A stretch of 63,613 nt of DNA, filler included, from Octopus bimaculoides (taxonomy: Eukaryota), in the NCBI RefSeq assembly GCF_001194135.2. It is 7 parts of 7 records of this genome, joined end to end, with 100 filler letters (N's around TTAATTAATTAA, not from the genome) between each part and the next. Parts side by side here need not be neighbours in the genome. Positions count along the whole stretch, not along the records: positions 50,417 to 58,095 come from NC_068992.1; positions 58,196 to 60,766 come from NC_068986.1; positions 60,867 to 63,613 come from NW_026338833.1; 4 more parts are not named here. One strand, 5' to 3'. Shown here in pieces: positions 51,140-63,613 of the stretch. The notes beneath the pieces are model-generated. The model was not told the DNA's origin. It was given only the letters and a program-made list of their open reading frames with translations, and did no database searches. The position numbers were made by a program, and so were the translations under genes. Positions within the stretch are counted from its first letter, which is position 1, and each line of letters begins with the position of its first letter.

Positions 51140-52225
51140 CATGTAGCGTTGTAAATAGTCATTTAAACTATATCATGCCGTGCAGTATCTCGTAGCCATT
51201 TTAGGGTAGCTGCTAGTAATATCTTCCACCTAGATATAGCAGAGCCGATATTTTCTATCTCAACGTGAAGGGTTGGTGGCATCTTTGTCTCTCTCTTATT
51301 AATCAGGTATTTAGTAGCTCTCTCCTCTAGGTAAGATGTAATGTATCTATCAGACATCAAAGAGAAGCTACTTATCCTGTCAATGTTGTTGTTATTCTCT
51401 TGCTTATGGAATATACACACATGTATTGATTTTTCTTCGTATGACACTTGCTTCCCTTCCAAGCTTCTATTTAGGTAAGCCGTCCTATGTTATTTTGGGT
51501 CGCAAGAGACAGTTGCATTCACAGAATGCCTCTCGCAGTAGTTCTTTTTCAACTCAGAAGATGTTGTTGCTCTCATTTTTCAGTATACCTGTAATGTATT
51601 CATTTCTTTCTTTACTGTCCAGCAGGTGTTGTCTGAGTGACGCAATATGATATTCAGAAGCTGTTTGAACTGACCTTATGCCTCTATCGCTATCACTTTA
51701 TCTCACATAGATGCTATTGGTGTCGCTGTAGAAATTGCCAGTGGTGATCAGTGCCTTTCTGGTTTTGATGTCTAGGCTGTGTATCTCATCGAGTATCCAG
51801 TCCAATATGCCAAATTTTGGTACTAGCACTAGCACGACAAAGGCATTGTGAGATATGGTCTTATTAAAGGCAGACAGCTCTGAGTTCCATATCTTCCGAA
51901 ACCTATAAAAGTACTCTCTGTTATTCTGGTTTTAGTCACAGCATCAACGTCTGCAATATTCTCTTCGATTCCGAGATACTTATAGTTTTCATCATTAGCG
52001 ACAGGGGTCATAGACAAGCCATTGATACATATGCTCTCTGTCTTGTCAACAATCTTTCCTCGGTTGATTATCATGTATGAACATTTAACTTGCCCAAGCT
52101 ACATTCCTATGTGTCGTGAGAATTTTGTGACTCGTTCTAATTGTCTCTTGATGATGTTCATGTTGCCAGAATATAAATTTAGGTCATCGATAATAAAAAT
52201 GTGTGGGTGACATTAATTGTATTTT
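51140..52225 (-). mobile_element. R4/Dong-like non-LTR RT remnant
   Basis: FIDDLNLY, GQVKCSY, YKYLGIEEN, IWNSELSAFNK, LDIKTRK. Confidence 0.8.
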
Positions 52226-52726
52226 TTAATGCATATCCCTGCAAATGTGTGTGTGTGTGTGTGTGTGTGTAGCTCATGTCCACCACCTCATCGATCTGAC
52301 CCACAAAACTTGCTATCAAAAGATGAGTTGCTGTTGTTGATTGTCTCGTTGTTGTTTACAGCAGTTTTGTCATTTCACTTGACGTTTTCACCACTTTGAT
52401 TTTGTGCTTTTCAAACTGCAGCTGCAACTGCGTGATCTTCAATGTCTCTGAATAGTTTTATTGTCTGTTGTTGTTGCTGTTGTTGTTTTGTTAACTTTGC
52501 TTTTGTAAGATAAAAGAAAAAAGGAAAGAAAAGAACAGAAATGAAAGAAAAAACTTAGAAGGCAAACATATTTCTTTGATATTCAACGTGCTACCTCCCC
52601 TATGGCAAATTCCTTTCTCCTGCTAAAACAGAGGCGGCCATTTTGAAACGAATAAAACAAATATAATAATGCACACAGACGTATGTATGCATCTATGTAT
52701 GTATGTATGTATGCACGCATGCATGC

Positions 52727-52759
<33 letters not shown>

Positions 52760-52789
52760 TGTATGAATGTGACGTTTTAGCGTGCACAG

Positions 52790-52990
52790 TTTGACAGACC
52801 GTGCCTTTCTTTTGCTGGGCTCAAATCTCATTTGCGTACCCATGAACAATGAACCTCCACCAGCTATTCTGCCTATATATCTGCACACCTTTCAATGCCG
52901 TGTATGTTATAAGGTCTGTAAATCTAACGGAGGCCTTAAAAGACATTTTCAGATCCACAAAGATCAGAACTTAACTGCATCTCTATAAGC
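52790..52990 (+). mobile_element. Short fragment of the zinc-finger-tailed RTE family
   Basis: FQCRVCYKVCKSNGGLKRHFQIHKDQNL matches 34560-34650. Confidence 0.85.
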
Positions 52991-53364
52991 CCATATTTGA
53001 TGGTTGTGGCCATCTTGTTCGTAAACTTGTACGTGCTTCACTCCACTCCACTGGAACATTGACTGAAGTAAACCGACAAGCCCCGAATAAAGATATCGTT
53101 CCAGTTCCCTACTAAAATGATTTGGGTACGCTTGCTCCACCTGGTGTTACTCGTTAAAATTTTCCCGACTGGTACTGGTTATCCCTTCAATGCGAAATCA
53201 TCTCCTTTCATTTCCGTGATGACTGACTCCTTGACAGAAAAAAGCAAACATGGCCTTGCTATGCCCTCGTTAACGGGATATTCACATCAATGCCTTTCGA
53301 CAAAATGCCACTTTGTCTGACGTGCTATTAGTTCTGTCACCTTGTCGCCTTAATTATAATACTT

Positions 53365-55162
53365 TTAATTTCAAATTTTGGCACTAGGCCAATAGTTTCA
53401 GGGGAGGGGCTTGTTGCTTACATCGACCCTAGTGTTCAATTGGTACTTATTGTATTGACCCTGAAAGGATGAAAGGCAAAGTCGACTCTGTTGGCATTTT
53501 AACTAAGAACGTGAAGACGGACGAAATGCCACTAAGCCTTTTGTCCGGAGTGCTAATGATTCTGTCTGCTCGCTGTCTTAAAATAAGGATAATGATGTTA
53601 TTGTTTTTGTTTATGTTGTTTTGTTGTTGTTGTTGTTGTTGTTTCACAGAATCATCAGCGAACCGGTCAAAAATGCTGGGCAGCATTTCCTACGGCTTTT
53701 AATGTTCTGAGTTCAAATACCATTGTGATGAAATTTGCCTCTCATCTTTCCATGTACTGGACTAGATGATATCGACTATTGACCTCCCTAAAATTGCTGG
53801 CCTTGTGCCAAAATTTGAAACCATTATCATTGTTGTTCCCATTTTTGTTGTTGTTGTTGTTGTTTTTATTATTATTATTATTATTATTACCTCCCCCTTA
53901 GCGAAGGCGTGGTATGGTTTTCAGTCGCGTTTGTTTGCTTGTTCGTTTGTTTTTCCGTAGGCAAGATATCTCAAGAACCGCGGGGTGGATGCGGATGAAA
54001 CTTTCAGAGATGTTTGGCCCCGTGACTGGCATGAACTGATTAGATTTCGGGATCGATCCGGTACCGGACAAGGATTCTAGATTATTTTTCCGGCTTTTTT
54101 AATTAATTTTTGAGAGCGGTCGGATTCATTTTCAGTATTCTCGTTTCTTAGAGCAGTCGAGTTTATATCAGATATTCTCATTTTAAAAATCATCTCTGAC
54201 TAACCTTGGAAAGGACATTGGTGTTGCCTTGGCGGAGGTTTGTACTCTCTCAGTGCTCTTGTTATTAATAGTATAATTATTAATATTACGCCGGACAAAC
54301 TGCGTAGCGGCATTACGTCCGTCTTTACGTTCTGGGTTCAAATTCCACCGAGGTCGATTTGTTCTTTTATCTTTGCGGGGTCGATGAAATAAGGACCAGT
54401 TGAGTAATAGGGTCGGTGTAATCGACTAGTCTCCTCCCTCAAAATTCTAGGATTTGTGCCTATAGCAGAAATGATTACTTTTATTAATATCATTATTATT
54501 ATTGATATTACGCCGGACAAAATGTGTAGCAGCATTTTGTTCGTCTTTACACTCAGAGTTCAAATTTTGAGGTCAACTTACCTTTCATCCGTCTGGGGTC
54601 GATAACAAAAGTACCAGTTGAGCTGTGGGGGTCAATGTAATTAACTTACAGTCTTCCTCAAAATTGCTGGCCTTGTGCCAAAATTTGAAACCATTATTAA
54701 TAAGACGGTGAGCTGAAGAAATCGTCATCACGCCTGACAAAATGCTTAGCGGCATTACGTTCTGAGTTCAAATTCTGCCATGGTTGACATTGCTTTTCAT
54801 CCTTTCGGGGTCGAAAAAATAAGTACCATTTGGACACTGGGATAGTTGTAAACGACTTACCCACCCCTGAAATTGTCGACTTTCTGCCAAACATTGAAAC
54901 CAATATTGTTATTATTAGTATTATTGTTGTTGTTGTTTAAAACGCTGAACTGACAGAAACGTTAGCACGCCGGACAAAATGCTGAGTGGCATTTTGTTCG
55001 TCTTCACATTTTGAGTTGAAATTCCGCTGACGTCTACTTTTCCTTTCATCCTTTCGAGGTCGATAAAATAAGTACCAGTTGGACACTGGGGTCGAAGTAG
55101 TCGATGTACCCCATCCTCACCCCCACCGAAAGTGCTGGCCTTGTGCCAAAATTTGAAACCAA
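53365..55162. mobile_element. Array of about six SINE family B copies separated by (ATT)/(GTT) tracts
   Basis: Repeated head + central domain + ccttgtgccaaaatttgaaacc tail; first copy on the minus strand, the others on plus. Confidence 0.85.
53885..54265 (+). mobile_element. Helentron-associated non-autonomous element (HINE/DINE-1-like)
   Basis: 5' ttacctccccctt and 3' ccttggcggaggt sub-TIRs, gtttgttt microsatellite, and a terminal actctctcagtgctcttgtt end. Confidence 0.7.
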
Positions 55163-55275
55163 TGTTGTTGTTGTTGTTGTTGGTGGTGGTGGTTCTGTTT
55201 TTCTTGTCATCATCATCATCATCATCATCATCGTCATCATCATCATATTAGAAATCATTTTGTAGTGTTTAAAAT

Positions 55276-55327
<52 letters not shown>

Positions 55328-55815
55328 TAATAATAATAATCGAATAAACGACGCCAACAATGGTTGACCCAAATCAATGGAATCTTTCAGATTAAACATT
55401 GATTATGGACGTCACTAGAGTGAGTAATGGTGAGTGGAGATGTGGAGGAATGAGACACTGCTGATGATGATAATGTTGCTGCTGCTGCTGCGAGTAGTGG
55501 TGGTGGTGGTAGAGGTGGTGGGAATGTCGGTGGTAGTTTGTTATTGTAATAATTTATTTAAGAGGGAGCTGAAGAAGAAAACAGCAACCACCACCACCAC
55601 CACCACCACTACCACCACCATCACTACCATCATGAGCAAGAAGAATAAGATAGAAAATAAACAGAAAATAGTGAAAAAAAGTAGAATGGTAACAAACACC
55701 AACACATTTAATTACGTACGCATTCACTCACACATATACATAGGCTGACATATACAACACACATACAAACATCGACACGCACATGTACGCTCACACACGC
55801 ACACACGCGTGCGTG

Positions 55816-55848
<33 letters not shown>

Positions 55849-55866
55849 ATTTATGGATGTATATAA

Positions 55867-55970
<104 letters not shown>

Positions 55971-56531
55971 GCACACACGTATGTATGTATTAAAAAATAA
56001 GCGAATGAGGAATTATAAAGAATTACAAAAATAAAACAATGCTGAAGAACTCGAAGATTTACTTTAGAATGGAAATTTGATCTGAAGATTGACAGAAATT
56101 TTCTTTGTTAGAAGAATATTTCCCGAAAGATCAGCCTTTTCATTCTTTCTCTTCAAAACATGCGACATTTCTTGGAGTCAAATGAAGAAAATTAAATTAC
56201 AGAAATACGGTTTCGCATTCGTCACAAGGAAATGATTAGAGGGAAGGTTAGAATGGTAAACGGATGAAATGGAAACTAGGAGAAAAGGTGGGAATGATTT
56301 AAACAGAGGGGTAGTAAAGAATTGTAGCGGCCGTCGGTCAGAGGGAGTGGCTAATTGGTTAGGGATTAGGCTCATTAAAGTGGTATGGGTGGTGCATGGT
56401 GGTGAAACCGGGAATGTTTTGGTGTTTAAGAAAATTGACTTCGGGATAAATTAGAATCAAAGAATATTTCTAGTTGCAATGGATATTATTTTTAGTTAGA
56501 AAATGTTGTTTGTTGTTTGCCTCCACCCCTC

Positions 56532-56601
<70 letters not shown>

Positions 56602-56769
56602 GTCGGAAAATGAAATGAGAGAATAAATTTAATATCTTGAGAGTCAAAATAAATTACAAGAATGTGTTACGAATTTGCGAACGAAATAGAAGAAAATGAA
56701 CGAGAAGTGAAGAAAAGCAATTTGAGAGAGTAAAGAAATGGAATGGATGGAATAATATTAAGAAGAATA

Positions 56770-56975
56770 AGGCAGCGAACTGGCAGATCGTTACCAAGAC
56801 GGGAAAATCGCTTAGCGGCATTTTGTCCATCTTTACGTTCGGAATTCAAATTCTGCCGAGGTCAACTTTGCCTTCCATCCTTTTGGGATCGATAAAATAA
56901 GTATCAGTTGAGCACTGGGGTCGATGTAATCAACTTATCGATGTGATCGACTTTTGTGCCAAAACTTTAAACCAT
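56770..56975 (+). mobile_element. SINE family B
   Basis: Family B match. Confidence 0.75.
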
Positions 56976-57706
56976 TATCAAGAAAAATGTTTTGGAAAAT
57001 GGAGCGAGAGAGTATTTAGAAAATTTGAAACAAAAGAAAAATGAAGATGAGGCAATATAGTCTCTAGTGGTAAGCAGTAGAAAATATTTGACTTCATGGA
57101 AAATTATAGTAGTAATGTTCTGTGAAATGCAAGGAACTTGAAATGGAGGCTTTTTATAATTAAAAATATATTATGGATATAAATCATAGTAGATAATAAC
57201 AGTGATAGTACTGGGCGTTGTAGTGTGTTATATGCGTAATTCTTATCGCTCTATCTCGCCCATTTGTCTCAGGTCACTCTCGCCTACTGAAGGTGGTGGT
57301 GGTGGGGGGGAACAGTTCAAATCAACTATTGCCAGTTCTTCAGTTTCAAAGTTTAAATTCTCTTATTCTACAACAACGAATTGAAGCCAAAATATAGCTT
57401 CTTCTAACAAAGCTTACTTTAATTACGTACGTTTTTACAACTGCAATTGTACTAAATCTAATAACTGTCCCTAACTTTGAATTGCATTGCATAAAATATA
57501 AAAATATAAATTTACAGTAAAAACACGTACAACTCAAGAAGCATATTCCGGTCTGATTCCAGATAAATTCAAAATAGATACAATCAGAATAAGCATTTTT
57601 CTAAAACCACTAATGATACAACTTCACTATCTTATTCTCTCTCTCTTTTCCTCCCTCCCTCTCTCTCTCCCTCTATATTTTGATTTTTCTCTATTTCTCT
57701 CCCTCT

Positions 57707-57762
<56 letters not shown>

Positions 57763-57894
57763 GAGTGGGCGCACGCGTGTGCCTGTGTCGAGGAGTGTAA
57801 TTAGGGATTAAAGTGTTGCACTCATGGTTGTAAGCTTGTGGTTTCGATTCCTGGACCGTGTGATGCGTTGTGTTCTTGAGAAAAACACTATATT

Positions 57895-58094
57895 TTCAAC
57901 AAGACTCAGTACCACAAAGTGAATGACAGACAATGTTTACGATCATGTAACACCAAACTTGTGCTCTCCAAACTCGTCAAATTGAAATAACATGAAGTGA
58001 AACGGTTGGAACATTGTTGAAATGGAAACTAATCGACACCCTCTCAATACCAAAGTTTCACTGAAAGCCGACCTTGTCGGGGTGAACTCCGAAG
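57895..58094 (+). mobile_element. DD37D (maT-like) transposase C-terminal fragment
   Basis: QDS...DNVYDHVTPNLCSPNS...WNIVEMETNRHPLNTKVSLKA; homologous to the reverse of 61250-61500. Confidence 0.7.
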
Positions 58095-58197
58095 TNNNNN
58101 NNNNNNNNNNNNNNNNNNNNNNNNNNNNNNNNNNNNNNNTTAATTAATTAANNNNNNNNNNNNNNNNNNNNNNNNNNNNNNNNNNNNNNNNNNNNTC

Positions 58198-58428
58198 TCA
58201 TTTTTTTACTGCCCACGGGGGGCTACACACAGAGGGGGCAAAACGGACAGACAAACGGATTAAGTCGTTTATATCGATCCCAGTGTGTAACTGGTACTTA
58301 TTTAATCGACCCCGAGAGGATAAAAGGCAAAGTCAAGCTCGGTGGAATTTGAACTCAGAACGTAGCGGCAGACGAAATACCGCTAAGCATTTCGCCCGTC
58401 GTTCTAACGTTTCTGCCAAGTCGCTGCC
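58198..58428 (-). mobile_element. SINE family B, young copy
   Basis: Nearly identical to 58929-59164. Confidence 0.9.
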
Positions 58429-58600
58429 TTCTGATGCTAACAATATTGAAGAAGCTATGCTAAAGCATAAATCTTCTGTTTCCAACGTCTGATGGAATTG
58501 CATGGATACCAGCATAACATTGCTGAGCCTATTCCACCTCTGTTCTAACCACAATTGATTTCTTTCGAGTAGGTATCTTGGACACGGTTCTTATACTATA

Positions 58601-58841
58601 CAGTAATCCCACGACTATCGCGGGTGTTACGTTCGAAAACCCGCCGCTGTAGGAGAAAATCCGCGAAATAGAAACAGTATTGTATTGTATATATTTTATC
58701 ATTATTTTTATATATTTGCATATATATTTTTTTTAATTATAAATACAAAACGAAACCATGGAGAAATCGACGTATGCTTAAATAATAAACCGCAATAGGT
58801 GAACCGCGATAGGTGAACCGCGATATGGCGACCGATTACTG
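58601..58841. mobile_element. Tigger/pogo-like MITE
   Basis: TA then cagtaatcccacgactatcgcg ... cgcgatatggcgaccgattactg (TIRs). Confidence 0.75.
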
Positions 58842-58928
58842 TGTGTGTGTGTGTGTGTGTGTGTCTGTGTGTGCGTGTGTGTAACACTAATATGTATATA
58901 ATTGTGTTTCCTTAGTGTATGAATGTGT

Positions 58929-59164
58929 GTGTTATTTCTTCACTACCCACAAGGGGCTACACACAGAAGGAACAAACAGGGACAGACAAACGGATTAAGT
59001 CGATTATATCGACCCCAGTGCGTAACTGGTACTTATTTAATCGATCCCGAGAGGATGAAAGGCAAAGTCGACCTCGGCGGAATTTGAACTCAGAAGGTAG
59101 CGGCAGACGAAATACCGCTAAGTATTTCACCCGGTGTGCTAACGTTTCTGCCAGCTCACCGCCA
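58929..59164 (-). mobile_element. SINE family B with a 16-bp TSD
   Basis: TAGTGTATGAATGTGT at 58913-58928 and 59165-59180. Confidence 0.9.
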
Positions 59165-60424
59165 TAGTGTATGAATGTGTCTGAATGTAAGAATGCGTGT
59201 GTATGTGCTTGTGTGTGTGAGTGTATGTAAATGTGTCTGTATATAGAAAGGCATTTGTCTGTGTGGGCTGTGTGTTCATATGCACAGGTGCCTGATATTT
59301 GTATGCGACTGTGACGTAAGTAACAAGGTAAAGTTAGAGGTTCGATGAGAAATCTATCGATATAATAATTACCTGACTAAAGAAACTAAAGGCGATAAAT
59401 TGATTGCACCCTCGAATATTTACCCCAACATGGCTGCATCCAATGACGAAAGCCAGCAGAAGAATACAAGACAAATCAATTGGTTGATAAAAAGATGACG
59501 CTATATCATGAGGATGATTTCCATTTGAAGTATATAATTTCTTAATACTTCGTATTTGTTTTTTTGTTTTGCAAGATTCTTTATGTGAATTCGTGTGTTG
59601 AAGTATGTTTTATTGTATCTGTTTTAATGTTTAATTAATTAACACACTCACCGGTTCGATTTCCACTCATTTACTTGTTTAATTTTTTTCTAAAATTTCC
59701 GTTGCTTCTCGCAAGAAAACAGAATGACTCTCCCCAGACGCAATAAAATCCTTAATACGTTGTGGCAGATTCGAACGTAATGCTAATCGCTGGTGTGTTT
59801 CGTCAGATAACAGCTTCTTCTTTACGACAAATATGCGTACTGGCGATTCTGGGACAGTCATTGTTTCGGCGTTGTTATGTCTCATCAGACTGAAGCATTT
59901 CTGAATCAATGAATCTAACAAGAGCTGATAGTCTCGTATATGATTTCAGCAAACAAACCTGTCCGCTCATCCGTGCTGATGTCTGCCAACCGATATTAAA
60001 TCATTATATGCAGATTGAACAGCGAGATTCAAAACGGTGATTTGCATATTTGTTCTAAATACATCCCCGGCAAATTCGATCGTGAATATGCTAATCACTG
60101 TTGTGTTAGTCACAGAAGAACAACTTCGAAACTATGTCACACATATATATATGAAATAGCTTCAAGACAGAATATTATAGAGATGGGGTAAAAGAGGCAA
60201 TCATTTTATCTGACTAATGAGTTTTTTATTGGTTTGTAATCTCTTGAAGTAATCGGTGCCAGCAAATTGAATTTATATGCTTAAAATTGGTTTTAAATGT
60301 AATTTGCCACACAAGTATTTTAGTAAACTATATATGTACTTACATATACGTACACATTCTCAAAAAGATGTGTGTATATAAATATATGGCTGCATATATA
60401 TATATTTATTTATATGTAAGCTTA

Positions 60425-60492
<68 letters not shown>

Positions 60493-60732
60493 GATATGTG
60501 GCGGGTATTTATGCTTGCCTCTGTCTGTGTGTCCGTGTGTGTGTGTGTGGGTGCATGCATATATGCATACATAGAAATTCACTATGAAATACACGTATGT
60601 ATATATGTATACACCTACGCTGGTGTAAGTATATACATATATATCTGTATGTATACATGTATATATGTGTGTATGGGTATTCGCATATAAGAATACATAT
60701 TAAAATATACATAAATATACGTGTTTATATGC

Positions 60733-60766
<34 letters not shown>

Positions 60767-61023
60767 NNNNNNNNNNNNNNNNNNNNNNNNNNNNNNNNNN
60801 NNNNNNNNNNTTAATTAATTAANNNNNNNNNNNNNNNNNNNNNNNNNNNNNNNNNNNNNNNNNNNNCCTACCCGTCTTCTACTCGTTTATACAAATAACT
60901 CTAACCCACCCTGAATATCTCTATTTACACCTTGCTCTGGTAATCATAGGAAGCCGTTTTCGCTTGATTCTTTCGGCACACACACACACACACACGAACG
61001 CACACGTGCGCGCAATACATAAA

Positions 61024-61069
<46 letters not shown>

Positions 61070-61073
<4 letters not shown>

Positions 61074-61570
61074 GTGTGCGAGGGGTATTTGAGGACATAC
61101 TTGTTGATTTAATTAAACAACCCTCAACTAGTAAAACCGTAACATATTTTAATAAAAAACTTGTGCACATGTTCTCCGTAAGTTTTGTCATAATACCATT
61201 CTATGAATCCGCCTTCAGCTTCGATGACAGCTTCAAGACGGGATCGAAATCGTTAACAAGCTTGCACTAAATGTCGCACATCACCTGGGCAGTGACAGCC
61301 TTCACTGGGGCTGTGGTTTTGTGGATATGTCGATTAGTCTCTCTTTAAACAACGCTCCAAACATGATAAGTCCATGGGATTTAGATCTAGCTGATTGGAG
61401 GCCGCAAGTTCGGTGTTACATGATCGCTATGATCGTCTGAGACCTATTCTTAGGTTAAGTGGATCCCTTTAGAAAGTGCTGAGTCTTTGCTGAAACACAC
61501 GTGGCTTTCCATTGCGTGCTTCATTCATCCAAGGCGTAACTGGAGTAAAAATTATCTGCCAACATAACAT
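61070..61570 (-). mobile_element. DD37D (maT-like) transposase C-terminal remnant
   Basis: Minus strand: PWM..NGKPRVFQQ/DS..DHVTPNL/PP..DLNPMD..VWSVV.RETNRH..RFRSRLEAVIEAEGGFIE. Confidence 0.8.
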
Positions 61571-61789
61571 GGCAGTCCTGGTTTAGGACGAATGTTGCTG
61601 TGATTTAGTCCCAGGAGACATCGTCTCCAGGTGGCTAGACGAGACGAGTCGTGTCTTTATATTTTCGAACAAAAGAATCTAGTACCCCCACTCAGCTCAA
61701 AACAATTGTATTCAGCTTGTGTTCATGAATGAGGAAGGAAGGACTGATAGATGAATAAAGAAGGAAGGGGTGATGTCATACTTGGTAGT

Positions 61790-62103
61790 GGGATGATGAA
61801 AATTGTACGCTGAGAAAATAAATCAAACAGCGTTTCAACTCTGTGAATGTGCGTGTGCGCGCGCAATGGAAATGGGATGATTCATCTTTGTTTGCTTAGT
61901 ATTTGGGTTTATATTTTGATTTGGTTGAATCTTGGTTGTTTTTTTTTTTGTTGGTCAGTTATTTGTAGCGTTTTGACAGAAAAAAGTCATTCTAAAATTG
62001 TTTTTTAACGTAAGCGTGCCCAAACAAGTCGAATGCTTACACAGACCAGGTTTTACAGCCACATCATCCAAACCGACCGGGTGAAACCGGGCTTAGCTGC
62101 TAG
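61790..62103 (+). mobile_element. Helitron-like 3' end
   Basis: ccgg-gtgaaa-ccgg hairpin, then CTAG|T about 10 nt downstream. The 5' boundary is not resolved. Confidence 0.55.
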
Positions 62104-62122
62104 TATATATATNNNNNNNNNN

Positions 62123-62190
<68 letters not shown>

Positions 62191-62277
62191 GTTCAGATTT
62201 ATAGAAAAACAAAGACGAAAACGAGTGTAGGAACAATAAACAAATGTATTAATTTCACGCTCGCGAAAAATGGAAGA

Positions 62278-62313
62278 GTCTTATGTTTCGAGCCAACGCT
62301 CTTCGTCAGAAAG
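62278..62313 (-). ncRNA. Minimal type I hammerhead motif with intact core in a Penelope-like pLTR fragment
   Basis: CUUU-CUGACGA-A-GAGC(GUUG)GCUC-GAAA-CA-UA-AGAC; same family as 11143-11178. Confidence 0.6.
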
Positions 62314-62669
62314 GAATAAGAGGAAATAAATACAGAGAGAATGAAAAAAATAAACGTGTTGCATTCAGTGGTCCAACATGATGTATAAAGTATAAAGCTG
62401 GTTAAGGAAAAAAGGTTTTATTATACAGGTTATATGTATTAAAACATACACACGCATATACACTCACTGACACATTCTACTACTTCTTCACAGGTTTCAG
62501 GCATCGGCTTGCTGTCATGCTGGAGCATCGCTTTTAATGGTTTATTCAATCACATTCACCAATACGTGTAAAAACCCAGTAAAACGGAAAGAAAAACACG
62601 GAAAGATACGAATGCAGCCGAAATATCGGTAAGTGATTTACGACGATTAAATAACTACAAAATTGTTCA

Positions 62670-63075
62670 GTTGTTAATTGAAAAAAAAGTCAATTGAAAA
62701 AAAAAGTTAATTGAAAAAAAAGTTAATTGAAAAAAAAAGTTATTTGAAAAAAAGTTATTTGAAAAAAAAGGCATTTAAAATATTAATTTACTGATATTCT
62801 CTGGATTCGATCCCAGAACTTCAGCTTTAAACTCTGCATTGTATTTACAGCCCATGGTTTCTTTGGATACGTATTTTTACTAATCTGGATACTAATCTTT
62901 AATTGAAAAAAAAGTTAATTGAAAAAAAAAGTTAATTGAAAAAAAAAGTTAATTGAAAAAAAGTTATTTGAAAAAAAAAAAGGCATTTAAAATATTAATT
63001 TACTGATATTCTCAGGATTCGATCCCAGAACTTCAGCTTTAAACTCTGCATTGTATTACAGCCCATGGTTTCTTT
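62670..63075. repeat. Tandem duplication of a ~200-bp unit, each headed by (aattgaaaaaaaagtt)n
   Basis: ggcatttaaaatattaatttactgatattctc.ggattcgatcccagaacttcagc...ttctttggat occurs twice. Confidence 0.9.
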
Positions 63076-63613
63076 GGATGTGTATTTTTACTCATATTTA
63101 TCTGTCGATTCTCCCTTTTCTGTATTTGCTGTGATAACATCAGATCGTCGTAACCGACGGAACGCCCTTTGTGTATGTATGTATGTATGTATGTCTGTGT
63201 GTGTGTGCATAGGTATATGTATATCAGTATATCGGCGAATAGAGCTTGTGAGGTTTAGTTTTATGAGTGGCACTGTGTGGCACAAGACTCCTTGACAAAT
63301 GACTCGGGTCCTCCAGTGCCCCCTGACCAAAATTTTGTTTTTCCTAATCACCACCATGATATTTCAAGATATATATTTGGCAAACCTTGTTAAATTTTAT
63401 TTTCATATTTCTATCGAAATTTCTTATTTCCACCTTTTTAACCACCTTTGTGTCGTATCGCTGGCGCTTTCTGCTTATGAAAATGTAGTTAGTATGTACA
63501 CCTTTACGTACATGTTTGTACGAACATATACACACGTATGGATTCTTTGTTTACTCATCTACGGTACAGTTACGTATTTAAAAAATATATATATTTTAAT
63601 TAATTTGTTATAC

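Noticed and set aside
59850-59895. Minus-strand CUGAUGA-GAC...GCC-GAAAC hammerhead-like string
   Set aside because: Stem II has a mismatch and the cleavage position would be G, pairing with C3; it does not meet the consensus.

Overview
AT-rich, repeat-dense animal genomic DNA, most likely Octopus. That call is inferred from the cephalopod-type SINE/RTE repertoire and (AT/AC) microsatellites. N-gaps contain an artificial TTAATTAATTAA spacer. The left ~26 kb holds nine + strand exons (10795-25045) that I spliced by hand. All have AG/GT sites with matching phases, giving a 587-codon open frame that resembles the open beta-sheet region (DUF1943/DUF1081-like) of a large lipid transfer protein (vitellogenin/apolipophorin/apoB family). 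Both ends of the gene are missing from what I can read. The remainder is transposon-derived: tRNA-derived SINE families, RTE, R4/Dong-like and CR1-like LINE remnants, mariner, Tc1, DD37D-like and hAT remnants, Helitron/Helentron pieces and several long fold-back palindromes. The most notable unannotated signal is a set of type I hammerhead ribozyme motifs linked to Penelope-like elements. Three structurally different ones lie within ~2.1 kb at 30.6-32.7 kb; the one at 32563-32690 has an intact core and a 22-bp stem II. Other motifs occur at 11.1 kb and 62.3 kb, and a fold-back inversion at 14.0 kb is centred on what looks like a hammerhead stem II. All structure and homology calls were made by eye; no database or folding program was run.
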